From the IMG/VR virus record IMGVR_UViG_3300028920_000050, positions 1-64,000 of that record: a stretch of DNA of 64,000 nt. One strand, 5' to 3'. The stretch is from a virus. The notes below the pieces were generated by a model, which saw only the letters and a list, made by a program, of their open reading frames with translations, was not told the DNA's origin and made no database searches. Numbering within the stretch: position 1 is the stretch's first letter; the number at the start of each line of letters is the position of its first letter. Shown piece by piece: positions 20,142-31,473 of the stretch. Both the position numbers and the translations under genes were made by a program.

Positions 20142-21289
20142 TATTTATTTTCCTCCATCTTTTCTGTCCTTCATTAACTGATCTATAAAATTAATTATAT
20201 CCAGCATACACGACTTACTGAACACAAGATCAACAGAACCGGCAGGATAAAAACAGTAGCATCTCCAATGCGAGAACCATTTTATAGTTCCTAAAGGAAA
20301 CCCTCTATTTTTATTCAGCACCTGCCACTTTGTTGTCTTTCCGGTGAAGTCATAACACTCCATCCGTATAAAATCATATTCAGTTTTCAAATTAATACCC
20401 GTAAAGTTTAAATGCCTCATCATCACATGGAACAAGTTTCTTAATATTCTGCTCACTTGTAACCTTGTCACCATGTCTTTTTATATAGTAGTCACTGTGC
20501 TCTTCCCAATGTATGTAGATACACCAATCAAAAGGACCGCTCCTCCTTTTAGCGATCCACCTTAACTTCCGCCCTGAACCTACCATGTTAATTCCGTCCG
20601 GAGAGTCCACACAAGTACCTCTGGCAAAGATACTGTCTGGTTCCATATCTATAAGTTTCTTTTTTGTTAACATTACTTGCTCCTTAAACCCCAACAACCA
20701 GTTGCCTCTTCTTAATTGCTTCTACATCAGTATCAGGATCTATAGTAAACACATACTGACGCGCGTAGTGAAGCTTAACAATAACACTGTACTCCACAGA
20801 AAACCTCTTCGCTTCATCAACTGCTGCCCGCCAATTACCACGATAACCATCAGTAAGCTTTACATCCATACGTAATGTGATATATTCATACTTCAGTTTA
20901 CTCATTTAAAAATCCTCTAAACTTACTCCGTAAAGAGCCTTCGTGCTTGGACGAGCAATAATCTGTCGGCACTGGTTCTTCATTTTAAGATCTTCATACC
21001 AGATCTGGTTTATGCACATTACCACTCCCCTTGGAGAGATGATCATGTTCTCAAACCCTGCCCCGCACTTAGGGCATTTAATTTTCTTTGGATTTATTTT
21101 AAGAAGCTCAAGGTATTCTTTCCTGTCATACTTACCAAGGATCTTCTGCATAGAGCCTGACATTACTTCTTCCTTACTTCAAGGTAAATAAGCATTACCC
21201 AAAATAATATAGGTAAACTAAAATCACTGCCTGGTCTTAACAACCCTACAATAAAGAATGACATAGTTGCTATAAAAGCTTTTGCTGTA

Positions 21290-22507
21290 TTAGACATAAT
21301 CAAACACCTTTTCATTACCCTTGAGATATTTATCAGGAAGTGATTTAAGTGTTAATCTAGGTTTAGCAATCAACTCAGGAAGTACCTTATCAAGAACACC
21401 ATCACGGATCAACTCTCCCACAATTACTTCAAGATAGAAAGCAATCGCATGCCGGTACTTCTTGTCCGCCATCTTTTCAGGATCAAACTTGCCATTTTCA
21501 ATAATGTAAGATATTACATTTCCATCGTTAATCCTGGCTTTACCGTTTCCACCAGATTTTTTTCTGGCCCTCTCTTCCATCCTGTTTATCACCTTGACAA
21601 TATTGGATGGATGCAAAACAGAAAACGGATTATATTTATAATCCAAATCACGATTAAATAAATAACCGATACAGCTGTCAGTATTGTACTTCTTCGGGTT
21701 CTCATACACATCAATAAGGGCGGGGATTATCTGAGCACAATTCCCTACTATATACTTCTTAAGCTGAACAGATAGTACCTTGTATGTATAGGAGTGCTTG
21801 TACTTCTTCTGGTGGAACATGCCTATAAGTAACCGTGCAACATCTCCCGCCTTCATGTTGTCCCACTCGTTGAAGCTATCCTCAGTAACATACCCGTAGA
21901 ACAATACACAGTCTGTTCCCCCGCCTATCTTGGGTGGCTTGCCGCTTTTGAGGTATCCCTCCGGATAAGCAATACCACACAACTCCGACCTGCGAAGTTT
22001 CTTAGTCTCAGTAGTAAGACCAGGATGTTTCATAGATCCTCCTTTAGAAGAAGAAACATGCTCCGAAGGAGCCATATTGTTTTCTTTCTTTTGTTTTCTT
22101 TTATTGTTTTCTTTTAATGGGTCCAATTTTTGAACCGGATCTGGTCCAATTTTTGAACCGGATCTGGTCCAATTTTTGGACCGGTTCAATTTTTGAACCA
22201 GTGGTTTTTTCCAGTTAATATCGAAGTGCCGTATCCCTCTCGGCCCTGTCTTAACTACTTTTATAGACTTCTTATTAAGAAGTCCGTTTACTGCAGTAAT
22301 AACTGTTCCCTTGGCCATCCCCAATTTCTGCATGAAGTATACAACTGCAAATTGTTTGTTGGGTTGAGTGTAACCAATGTTCTTTCTTACCATCAAGTTT
22401 AATATCTTGCACTCGGCAGCAGTAAAGTGTATTAAGTTATCCAGTATGCAGTTTGGGAAGCGTGTCCAGTTTTCCGTTGGTCTATCTATAGGTATTCTTT
22501 TCGTCAT
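21290..22507 (-). CDS. Replication initiator (lambda O/replisome-organiser-like)
   Basis: N-terminal WTRFPN.ILD plus winged HTH; internal iteron array. Confidence 0.75.
   Translation of the reverse strand: MTKRIPIDRPTENWTRFPNCILDNLIHFTAAECKILNLMVRKNIGYTQPNKQFAVVYFMQKLGMAKGTVITAVNGLLNKKSIKVVKTGPRGIRHFDINWKKPLVQKLNRSKNWTRSGSKIGPDPVQKLDPLKENNKRKQKKENNMAPSEHVSSSKGGSMKHPGLTTETKKLRRSELCGIAYPEGYLKSGKPPKIGGGTDCVLFYGYVTEDSFNEWDNMKAGDVARLLIGMFHQKKYKHSYTYKVLSVQLKKYIVGNCAQIIPALIDVYENPKKYNTDSCIGYLFNRDLDYKYNPFSVLHPSNIVKVINRMEERARKKSGGNGKARINDGNVISYIIENGKFDPEKMADKKYRHAIAFYLEVIVGELIRDGVLDKVLPELIAKPRLTLKSLPDKYLKGNEKVFDYV
22120..22199. repeat. Iteron array (putative origin): four 17-bp GGT(C/T)CAATTTTTG(A/G)ACC units
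   Basis: Units at 22120, 22143, 22166 and 22183, next to an AT-rich tract at 22079-22117. Confidence 0.8.
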
Positions 22508-22533
22508 TTACATTCCCCCATGATTGTAAGATC

Positions 22534-22716
22534 TTACTTTTTCTTTTTAAGATCAGCCAGGGTAATGTTACGTAGATGATCCTGTGAAGTTTTACCTATA
22601 CACTTACACTTATAGTTTAGTTCAAGTGCTTCGTCAATGGTCAGATAAAATGTTATTATCTTCTTTTCGCCTTTAGGCAGCTTCCGCAGTTCTTTTCCTG
22701 TTAAGGGCTTTGACAT
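22534..22716 (-). CDS. Small ribbon-helix-helix-like protein
   Basis: IITFYLT.DE strand-helix-helix pattern, 60 aa. Confidence 0.45.
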   Translation of the reverse strand: MSKPLTGKELRKLPKGEKKIITFYLTIDEALELNYKCKCIGKTSQDHLRNITLADLKKKK

Positions 22717-22870
22717 TTTTAACCTCCTTCAGTTCCTTGAGTCCAAGAGATATAGCTATCTCGTACAGTTCTACCTTTGATACACCAAGCTTGTTACTTA
22801 ACTTGGAAAACTCCAGGTTCTCTTTGGGAGTTATTTTGGGATGTATGTTTACGGTCCTGTCGTTACCCAT
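22673..22870 (-). CDS. Small ribbon-helix-helix-like protein
   Basis: VNIHPKIT....LS.KLGVSK.EL. Confidence 0.5.
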   Translation of the reverse strand: MGNDRTVNIHPKITPKENLEFSKLSNKLGVSKVELYEIAISLGLKELKEVKNVKALNRKRTAEAA

Positions 22871-24380
22871 CGGTTCCTCCTTTTATGGAAATAACTTTCT
22901 TTTCCACGTGGTATCTAAGTTCCTTTATCATTACGATCTTAGCTTTTCGCTTAAGACCTTGTGACAGTCCAATGAACTTATCAAACACGTAGTAAACTTC
23001 CGGTTGGGGTTTATTCTTCATTACACGTTCTATGCGGCCAACCGCCTGTTCTACATCTGTTTTCTTCGCAATAGGTGTGGCTATAAAAAGAGTATCTAGC
23101 CTGTCAAAATCCCACCCAAGCTTAAGCTTCTGGTAGGTGGCTATGATTAAATTACCACGCTCCTGTGCGAGTGATTTGCCATGAAATATAAGTGGCTTAT
23201 GTTTTTTTAATAATTCACCTAAATGCTCAGCATGTGCTACTCTGTGTGTTAGAATGGCTACATACCTTCCTGCCTTTAATCTTCTGTCAGCTACAACTTT
23301 TATAGCATGGTTTCTTCTCTTATCATTTGTAATCCAGTGACAGAAATCATTAAAGGAGTTCATTTTGTAGTTCTTTACATTAACTACCTCTCCCTGTTTG
23401 TTATACACAGGCATAAGATCTACACCACGCACAGGGTTACGTGTTAAACACTCAATAAGTATCATTGTAGGTTTATACCGCCCAGGTTGCTTCATAACAA
23501 CTTCACGTTTGCCTACATGAAATTTTTGTATATTTATATTATCAAGCCTGTCTGATGATGCAGTGATCCCGAGCCGGCGGAGAGCAGGGAACATAGCACC
23601 TGCTTTTTGGAACTCAAGTGCACCATGTATATGTACCTCATCCAGTATAACCAGACCAAAAGCCTTTGCCCATCTAGGGTAATCACATGAGTCTCTACTA
23701 AGTGAAAGTATAGACTGAACAGTTCCGATAACTACCTTGCCTACAATTCTCTGACCAGCAGATATAATACCTATGTCACTTGCCCTGAGATCTGTAAACT
23801 TAAGCAAAGCTTCTTTCCATTGTTTTGCAAGTACAAGTGTATTTACAAGAACAATAGTCATTCGTTTAAGTTTACATATTATTTTTATGCCTACTACTGT
23901 CTTTCCTGATCCGGGTTCTGCTAGGATCATATCAACTTTGTTCTTAGCAAACAATTCAACTGGTTCTTTTTGATAGTCACGCAGTTTGATACTGTCTGTT
24001 ATAGCGATCTTTCTACCAGTTGTTCGCTGGTCAATAAACCCGCCACGTTTTTCAAGTTCTTCTATTGAATAGTAACCACGGGGAAGTAATATACGGTTAT
24101 TATCTTCCCTGTACAGTTTGATTTTCGGTGGGATAGGTACTATAGTAGTACGACCATTAACTTTACGTTTAACTATAGGGCGATACCCCAAGCGTACACA
24201 TTCTGCATGCTTGGGGTTCGCTACTGTTAGCTTTTTGAAAAGAGATCGTGCTACTCTGCTTTTGTCTACACTTAAGTAGTTTGATAAGATGGCTTTGTCA
24301 GCCTTTTCCTTTACCGCCTTTGCCATTTTCTGATCCTTCATCTTCATCAAGTTCTTCAGCCGGTGGTGGTTTATTGTCAC
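22863..24380 (-). CDS. SF2 DExH helicase (UvsW-like)
   Basis: LRDYQ, PGSGKT, LDEVH, GITAS, QAVGRIER. Confidence 0.9.
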   Translation of the reverse strand: MTINHHRLKNLMKMKDQKMAKAVKEKADKAILSNYLSVDKSRVARSLFKKLTVANPKHAECVRLGYRPIVKRKVNGRTTIVPIPPKIKLYREDNNRILLPRGYYSIEELEKRGGFIDQRTTGRKIAITDSIKLRDYQKEPVELFAKNKVDMILAEPGSGKTVVGIKIICKLKRMTIVLVNTLVLAKQWKEALLKFTDLRASDIGIISAGQRIVGKVVIGTVQSILSLSRDSCDYPRWAKAFGLVILDEVHIHGALEFQKAGAMFPALRRLGITASSDRLDNINIQKFHVGKREVVMKQPGRYKPTMILIECLTRNPVRGVDLMPVYNKQGEVVNVKNYKMNSFNDFCHWITNDKRRNHAIKVVADRRLKAGRYVAILTHRVAHAEHLGELLKKHKPLIFHGKSLAQERGNLIIATYQKLKLGWDFDRLDTLFIATPIAKKTDVEQAVGRIERVMKNKPQPEVYYVFDKFIGLSQGLKRKAKIVMIKELRYHVEKKVISIKGGTDG

Positions 24381-24751
24381 CGTGCGGAGGTACTAGCTTC
24401 TGACCGTGAGCCGTTGTAGCAGCCCTTGGGTCTGGTATTAATTGTTCTTCTGGACCACCGAACATAAGTTCGTTAAGTATATTCAACAGTTTTGAGAAAG
24501 AGTCAATGTACTCAGAATTGACATTAACGACTTGAAACTCTTTTTTTGTTTCAATACTTATAGTGAAAAGTGACTCATCAACCAACTGGTGCTGGAGTAC
24601 AGCACTGCCGTCAGGCATAAGGGTTTCGGATAATCTTACCACTGCGTTTTCTGCAACGTCTTTACTTTCAGCTTCCCAAGCTTTGATCTTGAGTTCATAC
24701 TTTTCAAAAGGTTTATCTTTGGACATAATTTCCTCCAATGTAAGATATTAC

Positions 24752-24780
24752 ATCCTACCATGAGGGAAAGATTTTGTCAA
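24752..24780 (-). promoter_or_regulatory. Sigma70-type promoter with palindrome directly downstream
   Basis: TTGACA-17 bp-TAGGAT, TGn extension; GTAATATCTTAC follows the -10 box immediately. Confidence 0.75.
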
Positions 24781-24781
24781 A

Positions 24782-25681
24782 CTATGTTTTTATTAGATTA
24801 ATATGGTTAATCATGTAGTACTTATCCAAGAAGTAGATATAAGCATCTTCACCATATTTGATTTCAATTTTCTGTTTCTCTTTCAGATCTTCATCGTACT
24901 TTATGATGTTCATAAGATCTGCTACAGGTATGACAATATCAAACATATCCATAGGTGTAGAGAGAAGTTTGTGCTTTAGTTTCTGTTTTTCAATAAGTCT
25001 ACCGTCCTCTTCAATGTACCATGTTATATTTTTAAGGTCGAGCCTTACATAAGAGTATTTTTCTTTCTTGTAGAACCTAGTTATTTCTGATACAAACTTA
25101 TCAAATGTAAGAAAGTTTTCTACCTTGTACTTACGAGAACAGTTAACACCGAATGATGTTCTGTACTTAGAGGGTACAGCCAGATCCTCCCCGCCCGTTT
25201 CATAAAAGAGAGTGACACCAGGACGGAAGGTAATCTTAGTACAACTCATTCCTACTTCAACTTTAAATGTGGCGGGCATACGGCCAATAGTATCCATGAT
25301 CTTATACAGGAACTCAGCACAGTGAGCAGGCATAACAAAGTCTTTATCTATTTTAGTAGGAAGAAAGAAACCCATTATATCTGTAGCATAGTAGATACCT
25401 TTCTTTGCTTTGAAATAGATCCATTCAGTAGCGTAGTGTATTGATGTCTTTCCCTGGCGGGGCAGTACTTTATTAATATATAGAAGAGCAGACGTAAATG
25501 CATTAGCATTTATTTTTACTGTTTTTGGTTTTATACAACGGGGAAGCTTAAACATATCTTCCTTTACAACGGTCCCGCCTTCAAGTTTGATCTTTTTATC
25601 AAAGATTACAACACTATTCTCCAGTACAACCATTGTCTCTTTTTTTTGTTTATAGATTTTATATTTCTTTCCTATTTTCAT
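24782..25681 (-). CDS. Possible DnaN-like sliding clamp
   Basis: About 300 aa; INA..F..AL....V.P, IYF, YATD, FVMP pattern reminiscent of beta clamp. Confidence 0.35.
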   Translation of the reverse strand: MKIGKKYKIYKQKKETMVVLENSVVIFDKKIKLEGGTVVKEDMFKLPRCIKPKTVKINANAFTSALLYINKVLPRQGKTSIHYATEWIYFKAKKGIYYATDIMGFFLPTKIDKDFVMPAHCAEFLYKIMDTIGRMPATFKVEVGMSCTKITFRPGVTLFYETGGEDLAVPSKYRTSFGVNCSRKYKVENFLTFDKFVSEITRFYKKEKYSYVRLDLKNITWYIEEDGRLIEKQKLKHKLLSTPMDMFDIVIPVADLMNIIKYDEDLKEKQKIEIKYGEDAYIYFLDKYYMINHINLIKT

Positions 25682-25692
25682 TTGCTTCTCCT

Positions 25693-26085
25693 TTAAAATT
25701 CTGAAGGTGGTTCTTCTAATGGCTTCCAGGCAAGAACCATATCTTGTTGATCTAAAATATTGTTACCCTGCATCCACAACCCACGTTTCGACCAATTAAG
25801 TATGATCCACTTATGCACTGGTGTTGTACATAGATAACATCCTGCATATAATCCCTCAGGTATTGGTGGTAATTTATCTTTTGTTTTTGTCCAACTTATA
25901 CCATTAATTATAGAAACTGCATGATAAGTACACGGAGGTACTATGTTAGCTACTGCATTACCTGTTTTTTTATCAATTTTTACAGTTAAAGCTATTTTTT
26001 TGTTTGTTTCAATATCTTCAAAGGTTAAGTCTAGCTCATCTGTTCCAGGAAAATATCCTGCTGATATTTTATGTGTCGCTTCCAT
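25693..26085 (-). CDS. DUF551-like protein
   Basis: W.KTKDKLP ... VLAWKPLEEPP. Confidence 0.5.
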   Translation of the reverse strand: MEATHKISAGYFPGTDELDLTFEDIETNKKIALTVKIDKKTGNAVANIVPPCTYHAVSIINGISWTKTKDKLPPIPEGLYAGCYLCTTPVHKWIILNWSKRGLWMQGNNILDQQDMVLAWKPLEEPPSEF

Positions 26086-26476
26086 TCATTACTCCTTTTA
26101 CTTTTTTAATGGCCTCGTCAATAATCAATAAGTTCATCATCTTCCTCTCTTACAACCAGCCCTATAGAATACTTATAATCCCAGTCTTTTTGTTCGATAC
26201 TTTTCTTTGTTTGAATACACTCTAACAAAGGACAATCTGCACCCTCAATTCCCCACGATGTATAAATATATGGATTCGGTTTCCCTAATTTAATGTCACC
26301 ATCAGGACAGGTACAACTAGAAAATGGTTTTAACCTGTGTTCCCTGTATATTGTCCCAAAGACATGCTTATCGGTTGGTACCCATTTTACTTTCATAACT
26401 CCCCCTTTACTTTTTTAATATATCATTTATCCAAGCCCCCGACCGGATTGTCGGGGGCATTATGTAAGATCTTACT

Positions 26477-26989
26477 TTACGCAGCGAACTCTTTTTCGTC
26501 AAGGTTGCTGGCAAAGAACTTTGCCTTGGCAAAGCACTCTTTAATTGTCCAGAAGAAAGGAAATTCTTCAGCTTTCCCTGGCTTATCTGAAAGTGCGAGA
26601 CCTTTTGATGACATATCAAAGTACAGGTTCTTACCGGCATGCCCGCTTACCTCACCATGAAGCTTAGTGAACTTGGCTATGCTGTCTTTCCTGCAAGCTT
26701 CGTGTACTTTTTTCATCATACCCTTGTCACCCTCAAAGGTAACGAACTCAATGGCAGCTTCCCTCAGCCGTTCCATTGTTTTTTCGTCAACCGTCCTGCG
26801 TACAATAACCTTTTTGGGTTCAGGTTTCTTGTACGGAGCCTGTTTCTTTTCTTCAGGCTGTTTAGCTACAGCTTTACTGTCATCTTTTTTTACTTCCGGT
26901 TTCTTGGCTGCCGGCTTTTTTGCTGAAGCTTTTGCTTTGCCCTTTTTCTGAGCCTTGGGCTTGGCTTTTGTTTTTGTTTTTGGCATCAC
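26477..26989 (-). CDS. Protein with Lys/Ala-rich histone-like N-terminus
   Basis: AKPKAQKK..AKKPAAKK low-complexity region. Confidence 0.55.
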   Translation of the reverse strand: MMPKTKTKAKPKAQKKGKAKASAKKPAAKKPEVKKDDSKAVAKQPEEKKQAPYKKPEPKKVIVRRTVDEKTMERLREAAIEFVTFEGDKGMMKKVHEACRKDSIAKFTKLHGEVSGHAGKNLYFDMSSKGLALSDKPGKAEEFPFFWTIKECFAKAKFFASNLDEKEFAA

Positions 26990-28129
26990 GTGCTCCTTCG
27001 TATTTACTATATTTGTTGCAACTTTTTATGATCATGCTGATGTCAAACTTAATGTCAGACACCTGAGCGAAGTCCTTTATTTCTGCAATAATGCCTTCCT
27101 TCTTCATGGACCTGAAGGAAGAAAAAATACTGCAACTTTCATTATGTATGCAGACTTCACATAATCCTACTTGTTCTTTGTAATATTTATCTTCGAGTTT
27201 CCGCCACGCATCATTTCTTATTATGTTTTCTTGATCCACACCTGTTATAGCTTCATATAGTTCTTCTATGAGCATGTCATTAACCTCCCGCCTATTTTAC
27301 GTGTGCCTACCTTCTCTTCTTGAAGAAGGCGGGCAACATAGTGGTGAAAAAGATGATTGTGTGTAAGAGAAGCACCTGTACACCACTCAATAGTATCATC
27401 AAAAGCTTGTTCGTGTAGTTCATCTTTAAGATGATTTTTGTACTTGAACTCCGCACCTTTTTTGATCCATTTCTTTTTTGTTTTGTCTACATTTTTAAGG
27501 GTATCCAGATAGGCTTTTTCTTCCCTAGTTATGAGATCAGTGAGATTAGGAGTCAGACTACCTGCTTTCTTTTTGAAATAACAACTGTCGTAGAACTCCA
27601 TCCACTGTTTGTCTTTTTTTATTCTAGGGAGAGACTGTTTGGCCTCCTTCTTTATATCCTCCAGTGTAGGATACTCTTTAGACAACAGATAAAACCAACA
27701 GTGGCCGGTATCATATTCTGTATTGTTTTTCATTTGAATAAACTCCTTAATCTCCCTACTACCCCCTGTCTTTTTTTGTCAGCTTTTTTAAATGGAACTG
27801 CTCTGCTTTTATCAGGATAGTATAATTTCCGATCATCTGCTTCCTCTTTCATTTTTTCAAGAAACAAACGATTAGTTTCAGTATCTAATTTAGAAAATCG
27901 TTTCATTCGTCTATCTAAAAATGCAATAGTATTAAGTAAATGATTGTTTGTCATGTTCTTTAATGAGACTACCTTTCCATCTTCGGTCTGCCAATAAAGA
28001 TTACTACTGTCCGCCTTCCTTATGTCCGATGGAGTGGTTTTATGACGAAAAAGTTCAGGACAAAATTCCTTTATGAACTCTTCGTCTGTCACATCATCTA
28101 ACCAGTGATCAAACATCATGTCTGCTATG

Positions 28130-28831
28130 TCACCCATTGATTAACTCCAGCATTTTTTTCTTGTACATCTCTCCGAAAAGAGACTGTTGACCTGTCGCCA
28201 ACGTCTTTTTAAAAAGAGTTTTAAGACAAGCCATCCGTGCAGCCATATTGTTATAAAAAACAATGTTATGTTTTGTTTTCCAACAATGACTGCACGAATG
28301 GCAGTGTGAATTACACACGAAACCATTTTTATGTGGTGCCATGTGCTTCACAATACCTGTAGAATGAGTGTCGAGTGTTGAAGTCAACTTACAGGATTTG
28401 TTGATCTTCTGAGTACTCTCGTCTACAGAGAAGAAAATATTGAAATTCGCGGGGGCTTTGGAGAAATCAATATCTGTATTCCTTGTATAAGCCAGGAATA
28501 GGATCTTCGGGAACTCCTTGGCCGCTTTTACCCACGCATTGTAATATCTTACATTATAAAACTCACCAGAACTGTGCAGACGTATCCTTTTAACTCCAGT
28601 CTCAAGGATCGCTTCTTCGATCTGAGAACATAGATTTTGTGCAAAGTTACTACTCTGGCTCCACTCCATATTTCTCTGGAGAGCATCCTTGGTTGTCTTA
28701 TAGCAAAACCGCCCACGTTTCGCATAGCAGTTTTTGTTGCATATTGGGGTCCGGTATTTCTCACATGTACTTCTCGGTAAATTGAAACACCAAACATATT
28801 TACCTAGTTTACTTACATAGTTGGTCAGCAT
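28130..28831 (-). CDS. Gp88-like (radical-SAM-related) protein
   Basis: FNLP..TC...C...CYA, IRLHSSGEFY, AYTR, C-terminal CxxCxxC. Confidence 0.75.
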   Translation of the reverse strand: MLTNYVSKLGKYVWCFNLPRSTCEKYRTPICNKNCYAKRGRFCYKTTKDALQRNMEWSQSSNFAQNLCSQIEEAILETGVKRIRLHSSGEFYNVRYYNAWVKAAKEFPKILFLAYTRNTDIDFSKAPANFNIFFSVDESTQKINKSCKLTSTLDTHSTGIVKHMAPHKNGFVCNSHCHSCSHCWKTKHNIVFYNNMAARMACLKTLFKKTLATGQQSLFGEMYKKKMLELING

Positions 28832-29342
28832 GATCTGTATCCCTCCACCAGTTTGAAAAGTTATCTACTTCTATTATAACACCGTGCCTATTCATAAGAT
28901 CATATCTTATGAAGTACCTGTCAAGCGTGTTACGTCTTGCCTTACGTACTATAAAAGGATGTTTCTTTTTTCCTTTTATAATGACTGTGTTCCTCTGAAG
29001 AGGCACGGTTTTTCTACTCACTTCCTGTTGCAATATATTATGCAGTGCGTTCTTGTACTCATAGAACTCGTGTATGTCCCTGTAAGTAAAATGTTTATCG
29101 AGATAAAAAGTATCAAATGCTATGTTCTTTGTCCCTTTCTCCTGATGTTTGATCAGATGAAGGGCGGAACTTAGGCATTGATAAAACCTTTTATGTACAG
29201 GAGTCCACTGAAGTTCATTCATACTAAAGAGCGCATCGATCTTATTGCACAGGTTGATAACTTCCGCTGCATTTTCGGGTTTCAGTTCTGACACATCAAT
29301 TTCAAAACCTTCCCTTGTTCGCATTATCCCTCCGTTACATAT

Positions 29343-30548
29343 TCAGAAGTCAATTATTATACGGCTTACCCGCCCGTCTTTTATTTCTGCGGTCACAGGA
29401 TATACACCATCACCATAACCTGATGAGAAGGCAACACCTGCTCCTGCATGCCCTTTTTTGTAATTAAGCTGACCACCTGGACCTCTTAAAGTCTGGCTAC
29501 AGCAACCGGCATAACTGAACTCTTTTAGATCAGGCATTTCTTCTTCCTTAAGTATACCCTTTTCAATCGCATCACTGTAGGTCATGCCGTCACGGTACTT
29601 ACTTCCGAAGTTTATATCTTCGTGTGCTCGTTTTCGTGGACTTATTACTTTCTTGTTTTTTTCTGTATCAAAATAGTCAGGACTAGGTACTTTCTGATTA
29701 TCCCTCCATTCACTTGCAATATAGCATGGGTCACAGATCATTAACTGCCCACTATCCACCCCGACTTCTCCTAATCGTACAGTTTCTACAGGTTTATCTT
29801 CTTCACTTTCATCATCATCTGGAAATGGATCGTGATCTTCATCCTCTTCTTCTGGCTCAGGTTCGGGGGAGAAGTGAATAAGCTCGTCCATCATTTCCCA
29901 TACAGTAGAATGGTATACGTTTAGAAGTTGAGATATAGTTCCTGTATTGCCTGATGGGAAAGTGAACTCTTTATCGAAAACCTTGTCAGGGTCCATCCAC
30001 CCACTGTCAGGGCTGAAGTCGAGTGCACCTTCTTTTATATTTACATCAATAAGCATGGCAGCGTAGGCAAGGTCGTCCGCCCGCCCTCGATCATAGCACT
30101 CGAAGTGTGTCATTTGTAAATAAGAAAGAAACTTGTCAGAATAGTCCTTCCTTGTTTTATCTGCTTCCTTATCGTCTTTAAAACAATCTGTGATCTTAGG
30201 AGGAACAAAAACAGACTTTTCATCTGGTATTTTCTTTTTATCTTCAATCATTTTAAGTAGATCACTGTACATATCAGCTGACTGTTTATAGTACTCATAG
30301 TCCTTTTCACCTTTCCTGTAGTTACAGCGAGTATTGTCGCTGGCATTATTAACCACAGCACTTGCAAGTATAGTGTGTGAAGCATAATTGCCTATGAACC
30401 CATGAATATTTGTGTGAGCAATAAACCCTGACTTAATGTGTATCCACCTGTAGGCATACTTGTTAAGCTTATGTATGTTCTCTGTACAGGCAAGAGCCAA
30501 GCTCCTTAATATTCTGTTTTTGTGTCCTTTACTCATTGGTTGTAACAT
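29343..30548 (-). CDS. Protein with C-terminal DUF4241-like domain (start reassigned to the ATG after the AAGGAG RBS)
   Basis: VGVDSGQLMICDPCY and SGYGDGVYPV motifs. Confidence 0.6.
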   Translation of the reverse strand: MLQPMSKGHKNRILRSLALACTENIHKLNKYAYRWIHIKSGFIAHTNIHGFIGNYASHTILASAVVNNASDNTRCNYRKGEKDYEYYKQSADMYSDLLKMIEDKKKIPDEKSVFVPPKITDCFKDDKEADKTRKDYSDKFLSYLQMTHFECYDRGRADDLAYAAMLIDVNIKEGALDFSPDSGWMDPDKVFDKEFTFPSGNTGTISQLLNVYHSTVWEMMDELIHFSPEPEPEEEDEDHDPFPDDDESEEDKPVETVRLGEVGVDSGQLMICDPCYIASEWRDNQKVPSPDYFDTEKNKKVISPRKRAHEDINFGSKYRDGMTYSDAIEKGILKEEEMPDLKEFSYAGCCSQTLRGPGGQLNYKKGHAGAGVAFSSGYGDGVYPVTAEIKDGRVSRIIIDF

Positions 30549-30588
30549 TTTAATTCTCCTTTTTATTTTAATTTGTAAGATCTTACTT

Positions 30589-31473
30589 TCAGAATGAGAA
30601 AGTAAGTTCCTTTCCACACCGCCGGCAATATACCTTCGATTTGCTTGTATCGACTTTGCCGTCAGTCATACCGACTACAACTTTAAACCTTTCATACGGA
30701 AAGCTTGTAAAGTCATTAAGCATTTCCAGAGAGGGAAGAGGTACACCTTCCATTCGCATCTGATCCGGGTGTAGCATACCTTCGGGGTCTGTACCCTGGC
30801 TTTCCCACCTGTACCCTGCACTCCATGATGTCCAGTTCTCACAGCCACAGGCCATGTTAACTATATTATTATCATGTAGACGTTCATCTGCACTGACTTC
30901 AAAGAGTTGAGGCCATGTGTACCCACCACGTACATCACATCCTTGGTGGATCATAATAAATACGTACTGAGTCAAGCCTATATCTATTCTTCTATACCAT
31001 AGAGTTTGTGATAAGGCATCTTCTCCGTTGTAGGTATTAACAGCTTCTTTGCTCAGGTCAAAATCCTCTGTATCAAAGATTTCCTTAAGTTTTTTCTTAA
31101 GTATATCAATGTCCTTTTTGAATAGATCATCAAGGTCACCTTCATACTCATGTAAAAACTTATTGAATTGAGCACAGTCGTCATTATACAGAAGAGACTC
31201 ATAAAGAAAATGATATATGTTTATAGATACCTCTACCTCAAACGTTTTGTTTGACATATCATTTTCTTCTTTAAGATCTTCATCATCACTGCCATTTATG
31301 TGTACAGATACTCTTGGGAGATCTTCAAAGTTACCCCCCGCCTCAAGGAACTTTTTGTTACGTTCCCAATGCCGACCATAAGCACCACCACTGTCACATA
31401 AGGCAGCACCTGTACTTGTACCTAAAAGCTCCACAAGTTTTTTATGGAGCGGATCTATTACTTTAGTTTCCAT
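30589..31473 (-). CDS. Conserved phage early protein
   Basis: STG..LCDSGGAYGRHWERN, NTYNGE..LSQ, HQGCDVRGGYT. Confidence 0.6.
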   Translation of the reverse strand: METKVIDPLHKKLVELLGTSTGAALCDSGGAYGRHWERNKKFLEAGGNFEDLPRVSVHINGSDDEDLKEENDMSNKTFEVEVSINIYHFLYESLLYNDDCAQFNKFLHEYEGDLDDLFKKDIDILKKKLKEIFDTEDFDLSKEAVNTYNGEDALSQTLWYRRIDIGLTQYVFIMIHQGCDVRGGYTWPQLFEVSADERLHDNNIVNMACGCENWTSWSAGYRWESQGTDPEGMLHPDQMRMEGVPLPSLEMLNDFTSFPYERFKVVVGMTDGKVDTSKSKVYCRRCGKELTFSF

